Shown here: positions 50,962-63,978 of the stretch, piece by piece
How the letters are laid out: every line of letters starts with the position of its first letter
How positions within the stretch are numbered: position 1 is the stretch's first letter
Source of the DNA: Octopus sinensis
Lineage: Eukaryota
DNA length: 64,000 nt
Direction: 5' to 3'
NCBI RefSeq assembly: GCF_006345805.1
Contig: NC_043001.1
Span: forward strand, 109,120,001 to 109,184,000
Made by a program: the position numbers and the translations under genes
The notes under the pieces: generated by a model
What the model was told of the DNA's origin: nothing
Seen by the model: only the letters and a program-made list of their open reading frames with translations
Databases searched by the model: none

Positions 50962-51500
50962 GTATTAGTGGTATTTCGTCTGCCGTTACGTTCTGAGTTC
51001 AAATTCCGCCGAGGACGGCTTTGCCTTTCATCGTTTCGGGGTCGATAAATTAAGGACCAGTTACGCACTGGGGTCGATATAATCGCCTTAATCTGTCTGT
51101 CTGTCCTTGTTTGTCTCCTCCGTGTTTAGATCCTTGTGGGTAGTAAAGAAATAGGTATTTCGTCTGTCATTACGGTCTGAGTTCAAATTCCACCGACGTC
51201 GACTTTGCCTTTCATCCTTTCGGGGCCGATAAATTAAGTACCAATTGCCTACTAGTGTCGATCTAATCGACTGGCCTCTTCCTCCAAAATTTCGGGCCTT
51301 GTGTCTTGAGTAGAAAAAGAATACTTTGCGGCATTTCGTCCATCTCTACGTTTTGAGTTCAAATTCCACCGAGGTCGATTTTTGCCTTTCATCCTTTCGG
51401 CCTCGGTAAAACAGGTACCAGATGAGCACTGGGGCCGATATAATCGATTTACCACATCCCCTGAATTTGCTGGCCTTATGCCAAAATTTGAAACCAATTT
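50962..51500 (+). mobile_element. SINE family A trimer with three different tails
   Basis: Three successive g(t/c)atttcgtc..gagttcaaattcc..actggggtcgat-type cores ending in tail1 (ttgtgggtagtaaagaaata), tail2 (gccttgtgtcttgagtagaaaaaga), tail3 (gctggccttatgccaaaatttgaaacc). Confidence 0.85.
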
Positions 51501-51786
51501 AACACTGGTTTAAATGGCCTTTATGTTTCGGCTACATAAGCCAATATTTTATAGCCGTTGTGTCTTTATGAAATATGGAGATTCCATTCTTCCTATTTGT
51601 TTACTCTATGAAAGCTGTGTGATGCATGTGTTATCGGTGGAGAGATATACTAAAATCCTGAAGAACTGATATTATTTAATCTTAGTCCGGTGAATTCGAC
51701 AGGAACGGAACAATTATAAGAACGGAACAGTTGTAAGAATCATCAATCAGTTATGTTGTTGTCCTCTCCCATCCTAGCGTAATCTC

Positions 51787-51990
51787 TTTTACTTGTTTCA
51801 GTCATTTGACTGTGGCCATGCTGGAGTACCGCCTTTAGCCGAGCAAATCGACCCCAGGACTTACTCTTTGTAAGCCTAGTACTTATTCTATTGGTTTCCA
51901 TTGCCGAACCACTAAGTTACGGGGACGTAAACACACCAGCATCGGTTGTCAAGCGATGTTGGGGGGACAAATACAGACGCACAAGCACAA

Positions 51991-52031
<41 letters not shown>

Positions 52032-52195
52032 CGACAGGCTTCTTTCAGTTTCCGTCTACCAAATCCACTCACAAGGCTTTGATTGGCCCGAGGCTATAGT
52101 AGAAGACACTTGCCCAAGGTGCCACGCACTGGGACTGAACCCGGAATTATGTGGTTGGTAAGCAAGCTACCTACCACACAGCCACTCCTGCGCCT
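51787..52195 (-). mobile_element. SINE family B, full-length
   Basis: Reverse complement begins ggcgcaggagtggctgtgtggtaggtagcttgcttaccaacc. Confidence 0.92.
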
Positions 52196-52219
52196 ATAGT
52201 AGCAACAATTTTACAGTTG

Positions 52220-52292
<73 letters not shown>

Positions 52293-52301
52293 ATGTATGT
52301 A

Positions 52302-52421
<120 letters not shown>

Positions 52422-52422
52422 G

Positions 52423-52502
<80 letters not shown>

Positions 52503-53310
52503 CTATATCTATCTCTATATCTAATGTTTTTGTAAACAAAATTCCAGTACATACATTTGTAAATTTTCTTGATGAGAATAGTTACATCTTTAAGTAATTT
52601 TATTACTTCTAATATTTTTTGCAAGTAATTCATAATATCTCTACCACTGAAGGACTATTCTCAAATGCGTTTCTTTAGGCTTAATCTGTATATCCAATTG
52701 TAGAGGACGTGATATTTCATTTTTATGCATTTTTCCATGTTATTTGAAGAGGCAAAGTTGGCGTTAGTTTTGTAGTAGAGAAAAAAATATCAGTAATAAA
52801 ATCTCATATCTCTTATAATTCCATACAGGAAAAGTTAACTTTCTCCAGTGTTTATTCAAGTGGTAATTCATTCCAAGAAAATAATAGTAAAAAAAAAAAA
52901 TTCTTTTAAAAAATGAAAAGTAAGAAAGCTGTTTTCGTTGTTTAAAGTAGTGTGTAATCTAATGTAAACATTCCACTTATTCATGATAAACAGTAATACG
53001 CAGTGTCTCCAACACACCATTATAACAAACCGAGCCATATGTATATATATGTATATATATATACCTACATATATATATACACACATATACATATATATAC
53101 CTATATATACTTATATAGATATATATAGTATATGTATATGTATATATATACATATATATATATACATATACATATATACCTACATATACATATATATATA
53201 TATATACGTACATGTATATATGTGTGCACACATATATTATATGTTTGTATGTATCTATACATAAATATATATATATAGACACACACACACACATATATAT
53301 ATATATGCAT

Positions 53311-53371
<61 letters not shown>

Positions 53372-54169
53372 AATATATATATATATGAATATGTGTATGT
53401 ATTTATGCCTGTGCCACACGCATACACACACACACACATATAAATATCGATAAATATGGTTCATTCATCGAAATTTCATTTGTCCGAAGCACAATGGCCG
53501 AAAGCATATTCGTGGAAAATTATTCGTACAACGACCTATTCACGGAAAGAAGGGAAAGAAACACAACAAAGAAACACATTATAACTTAATACCAATCTTG
53601 TGCTGAAGCATTTTATGGTAATTCTAAAACTTTATGCATAGATTACTTTTAAAATTAAATTAATTCTATCATTTGCGTGTGTATCTTTATGTATGTGGGT
53701 ATTTTTCTATGTATCTGTGTTCGTTACGAAGGACATCCAATACAGAAAAGACATTATATTTCTAAGTGATAAACTATAGTTTTTCTATAAAATTCGAAGA
53801 CAGCCTTTTAAAGTGAGACGTTGCGTATATGAATACGCCTCTGTAAACAATGCGATCGCATAGTTTTTATAGAACAGTGATTCACAACCATGTCTTGTCT
53901 ATGGGCCACTTTGATTTCTATCTTACTTTACTGGACCTCCATAGCAATTATCTGTATGTAAAAAAAAATTCTACATTTACATAATTAAATATTATTAGGA
54001 ATTGTATAAAAGAAATTAATGAACCCTGGTTGAGAGCCCCGGATTTGTATACGAAACACTGTAACTTGCAGCACTGGCTTTGAATTCTGTTTTATCTCTT
54101 GAAATGAGAATACTACACTGAGAGCTGAAAAATGTAAAGCACTATATTGATTTGTTAAGCCTTAATATG

Positions 54170-54475
54170 TTGTGTGTTCCTTCTCGAGCCATGCCTGGCT
54201 CATAAGGGCTGGTTTCCTGTTTTCCTTGGCGTACAGGATTCCCCACCTAGACGGGACGCCGGTCCGTCGCAGGTGAGCTGCGAGATGCATGGGGAAAGAG
54301 TGAGAGAAGGTTGTGGCGAAAGAGTCAGCAGAAGTTCGCCATTAACTTCTGCCGGAGCCGCTTGGAGCTTAGGTGCTTTGCTCATAAACACACACATTGC
54401 TCGGTCTGAAATTCGAACCGGCTATCCCTCGACTGCGAGTCCGCTGCTCTAACCACTAGGCCATATGCTTCCACA
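54170..54475 (-). mobile_element. SINE family D
   Basis: Reverse complement of 59074-59360. Confidence 0.88.
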
Positions 54476-55152
54476 AGCCTTAATATACCTTCTTGTTTAT
54501 CATGGTTGCAGAACTAAATTCTGTGTCCGAGTAATTAAGATAAACATTTTATTGTCTTCAAATCTGTTCATGTAAAAAGAAAAGCCGCAATAAATACTAT
54601 CCAGAGATGCCAGCAATCACAAAGTATATGAGTGGAAAAAGAAAAGTAAATCTACCAACTGGTATATCTAATTGTCTGGTACTATTTTATCAGAAGAGGA
54701 GACAAGCTTAACAAGGCTCTAGTACCAAAAACTATTTTATTCTATGCTCTACAACTTCATAGTGAAACCAGTTGTTCTGGTCTTTGGCAGGAGACCAGCA
54801 TAGTCCAGTGGACATCAGTATTTAATTGTTATTTAAATAGTGGGCATCGATTAGTTCTTTATTGTCTTTCTGGTGGACAATAATGATTTTGTGACTTGAA
54901 AGTGTGTTTTATGGCTATCGCAAATAATGTTGTGAACTCGACGACAAATTGGCTGAGTTATAAATTATCAATTTATTCTAAGTTATTGTACTAAAACATT
55001 CTAAATAACCATATTTTAAAATATTATTACAGTTTATTCAAACATCAATAAATGTTTGAATTTTATCTGTTTTATTTCTAAAACACCTTCTGATAAATAT
55101 TAAAATTTTCACGAATATTCGAAATTCACTGAACATGTTTATATATATATAT

Positions 55153-55186
<34 letters not shown>

Positions 55187-55196
55187 ATATATATAT

Positions 55197-55318
55197 CACC
55201 GTGATCACCGTGACCGACCAGGCTATCAGATGTTGCTACACATCGCTGGTCACAATGCGCTTTGCATTGTTTTAGCCTTCAAGTGACGCCACCCCGCTGG
55301 CTAAGCGAGTAGGCCAAT
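55197..55318 (-). mobile_element. ~120-bp GC-rich insert within (TA)n, probable retroelement 3' end
   Basis: Minus strand ends in a reiterated cacggtgat-cacggtgat tail; (TA)n on both sides. Confidence 0.5.
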
Positions 55319-55323
55319 ATATA

Positions 55324-55369
<46 letters not shown>

Positions 55370-55379
55370 AAATAATAAT

Positions 55380-55610
55380 AATTTGAGGGAATATTATTCC
55401 TAACTTACAGGGAAAATTTCAATTTAGAAATACTAAGTCAAATTTCACAAAATATAACATATATATATATATATATATAATATAAAATAGAAAAAACACC
55501 TTTTATCAATTCAAAATGAAACAATTAAATTACACCATCTAGAAAATTACATATAATAGAAATATTAAAAATAAAATAACAATAATATACCGATGATTAA
55601 GTAAATTGCA
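55380..55610. mobile_element. AT-rich remnant related to the fold-back PLE-type repeats at 28.2 and 40.7 kb
   Basis: Shares agggaat....tcc.aacttacagggaaaa.ttca(a/g)atttag start; next to (TA)n. Confidence 0.45.
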
Positions 55611-55659
55611 AAATAATAATAATATATATATATACATACATATATATTAGTTTGATGCA

Positions 55660-56410
55660 AAAAAGGGGTGAACAATTTTATTTTTATTTTTCAGGGGGAC
55701 ACACTCCTATTTTATTAATATTCCTAAGAAAGCATTGAATACGAAATTTGGGGTTGTAAAAGAGAAAATTAGAGGTTGCTACCAAGCTTTAAAAATAAAT
55801 GTATATTAGTTTGTGCTGGAAAATGTTGTTTTGGTGATGTTTTCTCCGGAACCGGTTTGATATGTACCTAGTTAACCTGGTTTGAAAAAAAATAACGATG
55901 ACAATCTAAGGTATAGTACGTAGTGAGATACAGCGTATAGAGCGTTAATTTTATTTTATGTGGCAGTTTCCCCAGTAGGTATATCATAACCACTTATGTA
56001 AGCTTATTTTGATCTTTGTGAAGCAAGTGTAATGCTTGCTTGTTTTTGTTTGAGAGTGACGACCTGTAACTTTTAACAATTTGAAGAAGGTATTGTTTCT
56101 GCTCTTCATCGTGTGTTGTCAGTTTGTTGTATTCCTTTATCAGTCGTACACCTCTTTCCGCAATGTCGTTTACCATTTTGAGCCCGCATGCGATATCTCT
56201 TGCATTCGCATAACTTTCATCATCATTCCAGTCTTCAGCATCTTTTTCGAGAAAAGTGCAAGGCACCTCTAGGGTTTCAAAGAATCTTTATGTGTTGGCA
56301 ATAAGAAAATCCTGTAGTTGTTTTTCCCCAGCTGATTCACAATTTATTGATGCTCGTTAGCTCGGTTTTGTGTCAACTGGTTTCTACAGAATAGTATGTA
56401 TGTATGTATG
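55660..56410 (-). mobile_element. hAT-like (hATm-type) DNA transposon remnant, transposase C-terminus
   Basis: ORF 55994-56266: LKMVNDIAERGVRLIKEYNKLTTHDEEQKQYLLQIVKSYR; the VND.AERGV..DEEQKQ.LLQ motif is recognisable, subgroup assignment from memory. Confidence 0.7.
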
Positions 56411-57463
56411 TATGTATAAGCGACAAAAGGAGTATTTCAAATTAGCAAACCGTATATAATATTAACATGCGTACGTCAATGAAAGCCTGCTAATCTGCAA
56501 TTTCTGTCTCGATATAGGATGTCTTGGAGACTTATAGCGTTGAAAAAGCGAAATATATCATTAATAGACCAAATTTGTTAAACTGCCGTGGTCGAATTGC
56601 TAAGTACCTATTTCTGTTTTTCTGGACAAAGAGAGAAGGAAATATTCACAAGCAACGGCATACTAAAACAAATTCAGCAATGTAGATAAGTTGAGTATGA
56701 TATACATATTACTATTTAGAACTAGTACTACCTCTACCTCTCATAACAAATTTCAACCTCCCGGCTAGCTGCAAATTTTCGACCAGTTCTTTGTATATCA
56801 TTTGAAGCGGAATTTGTCTTATTAGTAGCCAATGATCAGAAGTTAATTAAACTGAATTTCTATGAAAGAAAGAAAATGTTAGGCCAGTTTTCGGGTGAAA
56901 TTCAGTTTAAAATCTATTTTCGATCACTTTCTTTCATTTCTTTATTAAATTGCAAAGAAATTAAGGATTGGTGATTTCGCAAACTACTTCTTAAATTATT
57001 AATAATTTTTGGCTTATTCTAAATGACCCAATAAGCTATTTGATTAAATTTCAATTCAGTGTTTACTGAGAAATCTCATATAGTTTTTTATATCATCACC
57101 TAATCTTTGACCCATTCGGAGAGAACATGTTGGGGCTGTAGAAGTGTTTTAGTTAAAGTGAAATATTTCAACACAATTTGAACGGTGAAATTAAATCAAT
57201 ATAGGACAGAATTGTATTAATTTTCTAATATTTCTCTTTTTCAGCAAATTTATCAAAATTCTCCACTAATTCCCGTTGCAACTTATAATCTCTTAATTCC
57301 TCCAAAGTCATCTTAAAGAATTGTGATACATAAAATCGTGTAAGCAAAAGGAAGTCTGCCGAAGGCGAATCTGTGTGGAAGAAACCAAACATTTCCTTAT
57401 CTCACATTTTACGTTGCGTTACTATATTATAATATACTACCTTATATACATCATTATGTATGC

Positions 57464-57541
<78 letters not shown>

Positions 57542-58224
57542 CATATATATACATACATATATATATATATATACGTATATATACATATATAATGTATATA
57601 TATATATATCTGTATACACCACACATATATATATATATATATAAGTATATATATGTACATATATACGTATACGTATATGTATATATATCTGTGTCTGATC
57701 ATGCGTGTGTGGGCTTGTGTGCGCACATACAACACACAACATACACACATGCACATATATATGTATGTATGTATGCATGTATGTATGTAGTATATATATA
57801 TATATACAGAAATAATTAACATTATGCAGAAAACACTTATGATATTCAGTGCTTTATAAAACATACACGCGTTTCAATAGCTATTTATTGCGGAACACCG
57901 ATGCGGTGCCTTGTAATTTTGCATAATGTTCTTACAACTGTTGTATAATTATTGCAGTATTTTGATGAAACACGTGTATGTTCTACAAAGCTCTGACCAT
58001 GTGTTTCCTGTATATTATTATTTCTGTGGTGTACTTAACAGAAAGCAATTTTATCTGAGACCGTGTGTTGAAACTATAACGATTGCACCATAGAAATCAG
58101 ATTAACCATTCAAGCAGACAGAAAGACTTTTCATTTCACTTAAGCATTTATCATTTCGTGTCAACATTTTCGTCGCATTAACAGCGACTGCTTCCTATCA
58201 TAATTCCACTGCATTTATTTTTTG

Positions 58225-58720
58225 TTATGTATGTATGTATGTATGTATGTATGTATGTATGTATGTATGTATGTATGCATGTATGTATGTCTGTATGTAT
58301 GTATGTGTGTATGTGTATGTATGTATGTGTGTATGTATGTATGTGTGTGTATGTATGTATGTATGTATGTGTGTGTATGTATGTATGTATGTATGTGTGT
58401 ATGTATGTATGTATGTATGTATGTATGTATGTATGTATGTATGTATGCGTGTATGTATGTATGTGTGTGCGCGTATGTATGTATGTATGCATGTATGTAT
58501 GTATGTATGTATGTGTGTATATATGTATGTATGTATGTGTGTGTGTGTATGTATGTATGTATATGTGTATGTATGTATGTATGTATGTGTGTATGTATGT
58601 ATGTATGTATGTATGTTGTGTGTGTGTATGTATGTATGCATGCATGTATGCATGTATGTATGTATGTATGTATGTATGTATGTATGTATGTATGTATGTA
58701 TGTGTCTGTCTGTCTGTCTA
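58225..58720. repeat. (ATGT)n microsatellite
   Basis: Direct inspection. Confidence 0.97.
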
Positions 58721-59073
58721 TCTAATGATTCGTTAATATCAACCAATTAAATGAAAATAATCAACACCTCCATTAGTAGTATGTACAAAGACCAAAATTA
58801 GTTCTCCTAAGAAATTTAAGGGTTAAACGTAAAATATTTTTAAAATGTCAGTTCCTTTGTTTTTCATAAAACAGCATTACGGCTGTCTGCAATCAATACT
58901 GAATCATTTTGTAAACTTGAATCGTTTTATGCACCACATTTCAAGGCATAAAAAGAGAACATATTTGATATACGTATGTATGAAACTGCTATTAAAAATG
59001 AATATTGATTTAGGCGTTACCGTACATAATTTGGCGTGTAAGAAAAATACTTTACACTAGACTAGAACAGGTA

Positions 59074-59360
59074 GAGGCACATGGCCTAGTGGTTAGAGCA
59101 GCGGACTCGCGGGTTCGAATCTCAGACCCGGCGCTATGTGTGTTTATGAGCGAAACACCTAGGCTCCACGCGGCTCCGGCAGAAGTTAATGGCCAACTTC
59201 TGCTGACTCTTTCGCCACAACTTTCTCTCACTCTTTCCTCCTGCATCTCGCAGCTCACCTGCGACGGACCGGCGTCTCGTCCAGGTGGGGAATCTATACG
59301 CCAAGCAAACCGGGAGACTAGCCCTTATGAGCCAGGCATGGCTCGAGAAGTAACACAGAA
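59074..59360 (+). mobile_element. SINE family D
   Basis: ggcacatggcctagtggttagagcagcggactcgcgggttcgaatctc (A and B boxes) ... ttatgagccaggcatggctcgagaag. Confidence 0.9.
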
Positions 59361-59687
59361 CTGTTCTTTCTAAAGGACGAAACAACAACGAATACTAGAA
59401 TAGAGGAGAGGTAGATATCGTAGGAATATGATTAGAAACACCGAATGAAGTGATGGGAGATAACTGAGTGTCAAGAACATTGAATTATGATTTGATGAAT
59501 GAAGTGTTGATTGAACAACTTTGTTCGTATGCATTGTATTACGGTTAAAGGATACTGTGTTTCGTAATTTAATGAGTAATCTGATGTATAATATTATTGT
59601 AGAGAGAATATCACTAATTGTTTAATTAGCTGTAGAATTACAGGGAAATACACGAATGGAAATTTGATGTTACAGATATTTACAAAA

Positions 59688-59796
59688 TTATTTGTCCGTG
59701 ATATTTTCTTCTTCAACACAACTGTCGCCAGTAAGAACGGGATTCGTGTTAGTATCTTCCACGATGTCGTTTGTGTATATGCAGAAACGATGCACT
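59688..59796 (-). CDS. Candidate terminal coding exon
   Basis: Acceptor tattcacatttttctag; open frame VHRFCIYTNDIVEDTNTNPVLTGDSCVEEENITDK*; no homology recognised. Confidence 0.15.
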
Positions 59797-59869
59797 CTAG
59801 AAAAATGTGAATAAGAAAAAATTATTTTGGTTCTATCCTTCATTAAATTGAGATGAATATTCGTACACA

Positions 59870-60070
59870 ACAAGCTACGGCGGCACTGCGGGTGAAATTC
59901 TTAGCGTCTTATCGTCCGTCTTCACGTTCTGAGTTCAAATTCTGTCGAGTTCGAATTTTGTTTTTATCCTTTCTGTGTCGACAGAATAAGTACCACTTGA
60001 GGACTGGGGTCAATGTAATCTATAGTCCACTTCCCGTATTTGCGCGCCTTGTGCCAAAGTTTGAAACCTA
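59870..60070 (+). mobile_element. SINE family A, degenerate
   Basis: cacgttctgagttcaaattctgtcgag..actggggtcaatgtaatc..gccttgtgccaaagtttgaaacc. Confidence 0.75.
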
Positions 60071-60275
60071 TATTAACATGACCTAAAGATTTTATCTCTT
60101 ATTAGACATCGGTTTTCAAGTTCACATTCATTCACAGATTTTGACGCTCCAACGAATTTGCCAAAACACTTAAAAGATTTATATCTCTACGATAACAACT
60201 TACCAAGCATATAACGAAGTAATTACGTTGTCTGATCCATCGTATTACTTCCATAACAAACCCAATATTTAATAC

Positions 60276-60427
60276 AGTTCTATATTTAAGAGATGAGGAA
60301 TTATTTACATTATTTACATTATTTACATATGGCGTAGTGGTTAAGAGCGTGGGCTACTGACCCCGAGATTCCAATTTCGATTCCCGGCAGTGACCATAAT
60401 AATGATAATAATATTATTAATAATAAC

Positions 60428-60467
<40 letters not shown>

Positions 60468-60615
60468 TTGAAAAATACCTTAGGAATGAGAACCCAGGTT
60501 CGGAATTTCTCCAAGACACCTGATGAAGGATGGGGGGTATATCAGCCGAAACGTTGTGTTAACAACAAAAAAGATGAGGACAAATATCCGTCAAATGTAA
60601 ATATTGTAAATAATG
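60276..60615 (+). mobile_element. tRNA-headed, hammerhead-containing PLE-type non-autonomous element (copy 2)
   Basis: A box TGGCGTAGTGG (60330-60340), B-box remnant, (AAT)n, HHR acac-CUGAUGA-A-GG(A)UG..CAGCC-GAAA-CG-UU-gtgt (60516-60559), inverted 3'-derived segment at 60276-60328. Confidence 0.8.
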
Positions 60616-60858
60616 CCAATATCTAGTGGTTTTCATGATGAAAAATTGTTTTCCCAAAACACCCAACAGGAGTCACAAACAGTTAAATATATCTTGTAAA
60701 CTCTTGTGACAATCTTGTCATGTCCATTACTAAAGACCTTCAAGATAACAACTTTGTGTGCTTTCCATATGCTTAATGTCGGTTGAATTTTTCCACTTTT
60801 TTCCTTTTCGAATTTTGGTATGTTCTTCAATTTTTTTCGACTTTTTGATATATATACT

Positions 60859-60901
<43 letters not shown>

Positions 60902-61241
60902 CGTTACAAGTATTATTACTTTCTAATTTGTACTTTCATTCCACGAAATTTTCAAACTTTTATTTTTTTGTTTTTCTTGTTGTTTTCATTAAACGAAGTT
61001 TCTGTATTTTCGTGAATGCCGTATTTTAAGTCTTTCGAAATATTTGACCTTTACATTTCGATAAACACAAAAAAACAAACAACGATAAAAATATCTTGAT
61101 TTTTAAATATTACTATTAAACCATACAAGATGATAAAACATTACTTCAACGAAATTGAGACACTTAAAATAAAAACACTTCAAATCGTCTGCTCCATACC
61201 TATAGAAACACACACATACACACGCACACACACACACACAG

Positions 61242-61272
<31 letters not shown>

Positions 61273-61691
61273 CACATACACACACACACAAATAAAGCAC
61301 CTTCGTCTTAAAGTTCTAATATAGAATGTACACACGCAATGACAAATATACACATACACACATATATACGTTTTATTTCGGTGACAAATGAAAAGAGCCC
61401 GTCACTACAGGGAAAGCCATTGGAGAGCTTTGGCTTCAGAGGCTAATACGGGAACGCGTCAGGGACACGTGTTGGGGACATCTCAGCTTTGGTTTGCTTG
61501 TCGGATGTTGTAAGGACAGAAGCAAATATTGATCAAAGGTCACATTGTAAGTAATACAGCCCAGCTCACCTATGATATATGCGTAGCAAAATGAAACATG
61601 TCGTAGACATTAATAGCGTTAACGAAATAGAAAAATATATGGTTTACCTTCTCAGTTTGTGTCATTCACATGTATAATAGTCTTATGTATA

Positions 61692-62052
61692 TAGGCGCAG
61701 GAGTGGCTGTGTGGTAAGTAGATTGCTAACCAACCACAGGGATCCGGGTTCAGTCCCACTGCGTGGTGCCTTGGGCATCTGTCTTCTACTATAGTGGATT
61801 TGGTAGACGGAAACTGGAAGAATCCCACATTGTATGTGTGTGTATGTATGTTTCTGTGTCTGTGTTTGTGTGTTTGTACCCCTAGTATCACTTAAGAAAC
61901 AATGTTGGTGTGTTTGCGTCCCAAGGTCGGCAAAAGAGACCGCTAGAATAAGTACTAGGCTTACAAAGAAAAAGTCCTGGGGTCGATTTGTTCGACTAAA
62001 CGTGGTGCTTCAGAATGGCTGCATTCAAATGACTGAAACAAATAAAAGAATA
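61692..62052 (+). mobile_element. SINE family B
   Basis: ataggcgcaggagtggctgtgtggtaagtag...gactgaaacaaataaaagaa. Confidence 0.9.
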
Positions 62053-62087
62053 TAATATTGTTGTTGTTGTTGTTATTGTTATTATTA

Positions 62088-62222
62088 AGGCGATGAGCTG
62101 GGAAAATCTTTAGCGCGCCGGACGAAATGCTTAGCGATATTTCACCCGTCGCTACCTTCTGAGTTCAAATTCAGCCGAGGTCGACTTTGCCTTTCATCGT
62201 TTCGGGGTCGATAGACTAAGTA
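62088..62222 (+). mobile_element. SINE family A, 5' part
   Basis: ggcgatgagctgggaaaatc..gagttcaaattcagccgaggtcgactttgcc. Confidence 0.85.
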
Positions 62223-62233
62223 TAGTAGAATGG

Positions 62234-62304
<71 letters not shown>

Positions 62305-62404
62305 CATTATTATTATTATATTATTATTATTATATTATTATTATTATTATTTTATTATTATTATTATTATTATTATATTATTATTATCATCATCATCATC
62401 ATCA

Positions 62405-62590
62405 TTTATATTTATCGTCTTTGCACAAGTTCTGATGCTGGAGATGTACTACGGTGCCAGCTGTTCACTACAATTTTCAAGCACCTTCCGGAATATTCGA
62501 GCGGTTCCAAGCAGTTCTGTTTTCTGCAAGTGCTTCACCCTTATTACAGCCCCTATTTGTTCCATCTACTTCTCAAGATTTTTACACAAA
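62405..62590 (-). mobile_element. R4/Dong-like (restriction-like endonuclease) non-LTR retrotransposon 3' end in (TAA)n
   Basis: KNLEK*MEQIGAVIRVKHLQKTELLGTARIFRKVLE matches the LQK..LLGTARI.RKVL C-terminal motif; ATT/TAA repeats on both sides. Confidence 0.8.
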
Positions 62591-62650
62591 TTTATTATTA
62601 ATATTGTTTGTTGTTGTTGTTGTTTCTTGTTGTTTATTTTTGTTGTTGTT

Positions 62651-62855
62651 AAGGCGACAAGCTTGCCGAATCGTTAGTACACCGGTCAAAATTCTTAGCG
62701 ATATTTCGGACGTTTCCACGTTCTGGGTTCAAATTCCGACCACGTTCAGGTTCGATACAATAAGTACCACTCTAGTACTGAGGGAGATATGTTGGTCGAA
62801 GTAAATGACTAGTTCCCTCCCCTGAAATTGCTGGCCTTGTATCAAAGTTTGAAAC
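62651..62855 (+). mobile_element. SINE family A with tail 3
   Basis: aaggcgacaagcttgccgaatcgttag..ccctgaaattgctggccttgtatcaaagtttgaaac. Confidence 0.8.
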
Positions 62856-63331
62856 TATTATTCTTATTACTGTACCACATAAGCTAAGCTAATTACGACT
62901 ACGGCTCAGTTTTCTAGCAGATGACTCTGTTGTGATGGTTATTTTTGCTTAAGATATTCTGGTATTTGTCTTCTCTATTCCCTCGCTCTTTATCTCTAAT
63001 TTCGTTCTTGATCTCACTTTCTCCTCTCCTCTATCTTTCTCTAAGATATATCTCTTTCTCCATCGCTCTCTTCCCCTCTCACTCTATCTATGTATCTATC
63101 TATTTATCCATAAATCTATCTCTCCTTCGGCTCTTTCTCTCTCTTTCGCCCTTTGTCTTTGTGGAAATTCAATTCAGGTTTATCTGTTAGGGTTGCAATT
63201 CCCCAAGGCAACTAGAAATGTGCATTTGTCTATTAGCTCCATTGGCCTGTAACTTACGTCCTTCGGTGAACGGTATATCAATTTTGATCAGCTCCAGATT
63301 TAATGATCATTGTGGATGGCACGGATATATT

Positions 63332-63384
<53 letters not shown>

Positions 63385-63559
63385 TATGCAGAAAACGAAG
63401 AACCTATTGCGTGTGTCGCCTACCTAAATTGTAAAATGGGAAAATATCCTGACAGACGATTTCAGTTATCTACATAACTATCCACAACAGATATACAATT
63501 TCTCTTTCTTAATAGATAAATTTCCTAACAAACAAGACTGCTATCATTCAATTAGTGTG

Positions 63560-63567
63560 TCCTCTTA

Positions 63568-63627
<60 letters not shown>

Positions 63628-63640
63628 TATTATATATATG

Positions 63641-63691
<51 letters not shown>

Positions 63692-63771
63692 ATATGTGTA
63701 TATGTATATATATATATATAATATATATACATGTGTATATGTATATATATACATGTACATGTATGTATATG

Positions 63772-63802
<31 letters not shown>

Positions 63803-63814
63803 GTACATGTATGC

Positions 63815-63856
<42 letters not shown>

Positions 63857-63932
63857 CACATTATATCAATGGTGCTATATATATCATATACCTTTAAATA
63901 AACAAATGTGTACGCATGTATATATACATACA

Positions 63933-63978
<46 letters not shown>

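Noticed and set aside
58178-58750. Long ORFs such as MYVCMYVC.., and YIYI/HTHT/IYLS/poly-I/poly-N ORFs throughout the track
   Set aside because: They are translations of (ATGT)n, (TA)n, (CA)n, (ATCT)n and (AAT)n microsatellites and have no coding evidence
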